64,000 nucleotides of DNA, from positions 2,728,001-2,792,000 of the forward strand of contig JAWMAR010000081.1 in NCBI GenBank assembly GCA_036785375.1. Direction: 5' to 3'. Positions 63,369-64,000 of the stretch are shown here, one piece after another. Position 1 is the stretch's first letter; every line of letters starts with the position of its first letter. Source of the DNA: Leucoraja ocellata. Lineage: Eukaryota. The position numbers and the translations under genes are program-made. Below the pieces are notes generated by a model. That model was not told the DNA's origin, searched no databases, and worked only from the letters and a program-made list of their open reading frames with translations.

Positions 63369-64000
63369 TTGTTTTTTACCAAATGGAAGAAAACACCTTT
63401 TTAACAGATTTGATTTTTTTTCCTTCATCATCCTCAAAGTCCACTGAAATGCTTCAAACGCCAAAGAGCACAATTCATGCAAATTGTAGACAGACTAAAT
63501 GTTAGATTAGAAACCATATAGCAACTATACCAATAAAGTACAATGCATGAAATCCATGCTGCATATAAAATCATTTACACTAGTTCTGTGATTAAAGCAG
63601 AAGGCACAAAAATTAAAAAAATACACAAAATAATCTGCGAAGTGGAAGTAACCAGCCGGACAAGACACAACGTAGACAAAAACGTGGACTTTCCAAGCAA
63701 TGATTCACTTTGATTTTAAATAATATGTCGTGCCCAAGCAAGGTAGATTTTACATATAATTGAATTATGTTGCTTATCAGTGCTCATTTGCATGCTGTTT
63801 GCTGACTTGCGCACTTTGCAAAAGCAAACCAATTCTTGACTACATTGAGAAAAAGCCATCAACCAGACAACATACTTTTTGCTGGAACATGCTCACATGA
63901 CATGGATGACTACTGGTGACTAATACAATATTGTACTCATCACTTATGTATTTAAATATATGAGGTGCACAATGGATATGCTGAATTCAGCACATACAGC

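Overview
Eukaryotic genomic DNA, most likely a cartilaginous fish (skate or ray), inferred from the CR1/HER1-type LINE 3' ends and Penelope-derived short repeats. The main feature is not visible in the ORF track. It is an internal part of one large minus-strand gene built from about 35 small homologous exons. All are symmetric phase 1-1 (AG|NN...NNN G|GT), 75-147 nt and multiples of 3. Spliced together they encode roughly 1,500 aa of Thr/Ser/Pro/Asp/Glu-rich, nearly Cys-free repeats (consensus DHExPTSDTPNVFTLxP-DHExPxTDxPxVINPIPEPExxxIxxxExT). The centre (24.5-38.8 kb) is a young tandem array of 17 exon+intron units of about 620 bp, arranged partly as a 4-unit, ~2.49-kb higher-order repeat. 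Towards both ends the copies are older and interspersed with dead pseudo-exons. No start codon, stop codon or globular domain lies in the window, so the gene cannot be named. The introns carry CR1, Rex1/Babar-like, RTE-like and Penelope retroelement fragments, a full-length decayed Tc1 element and a hAT MITE. All coordinates were counted by hand.
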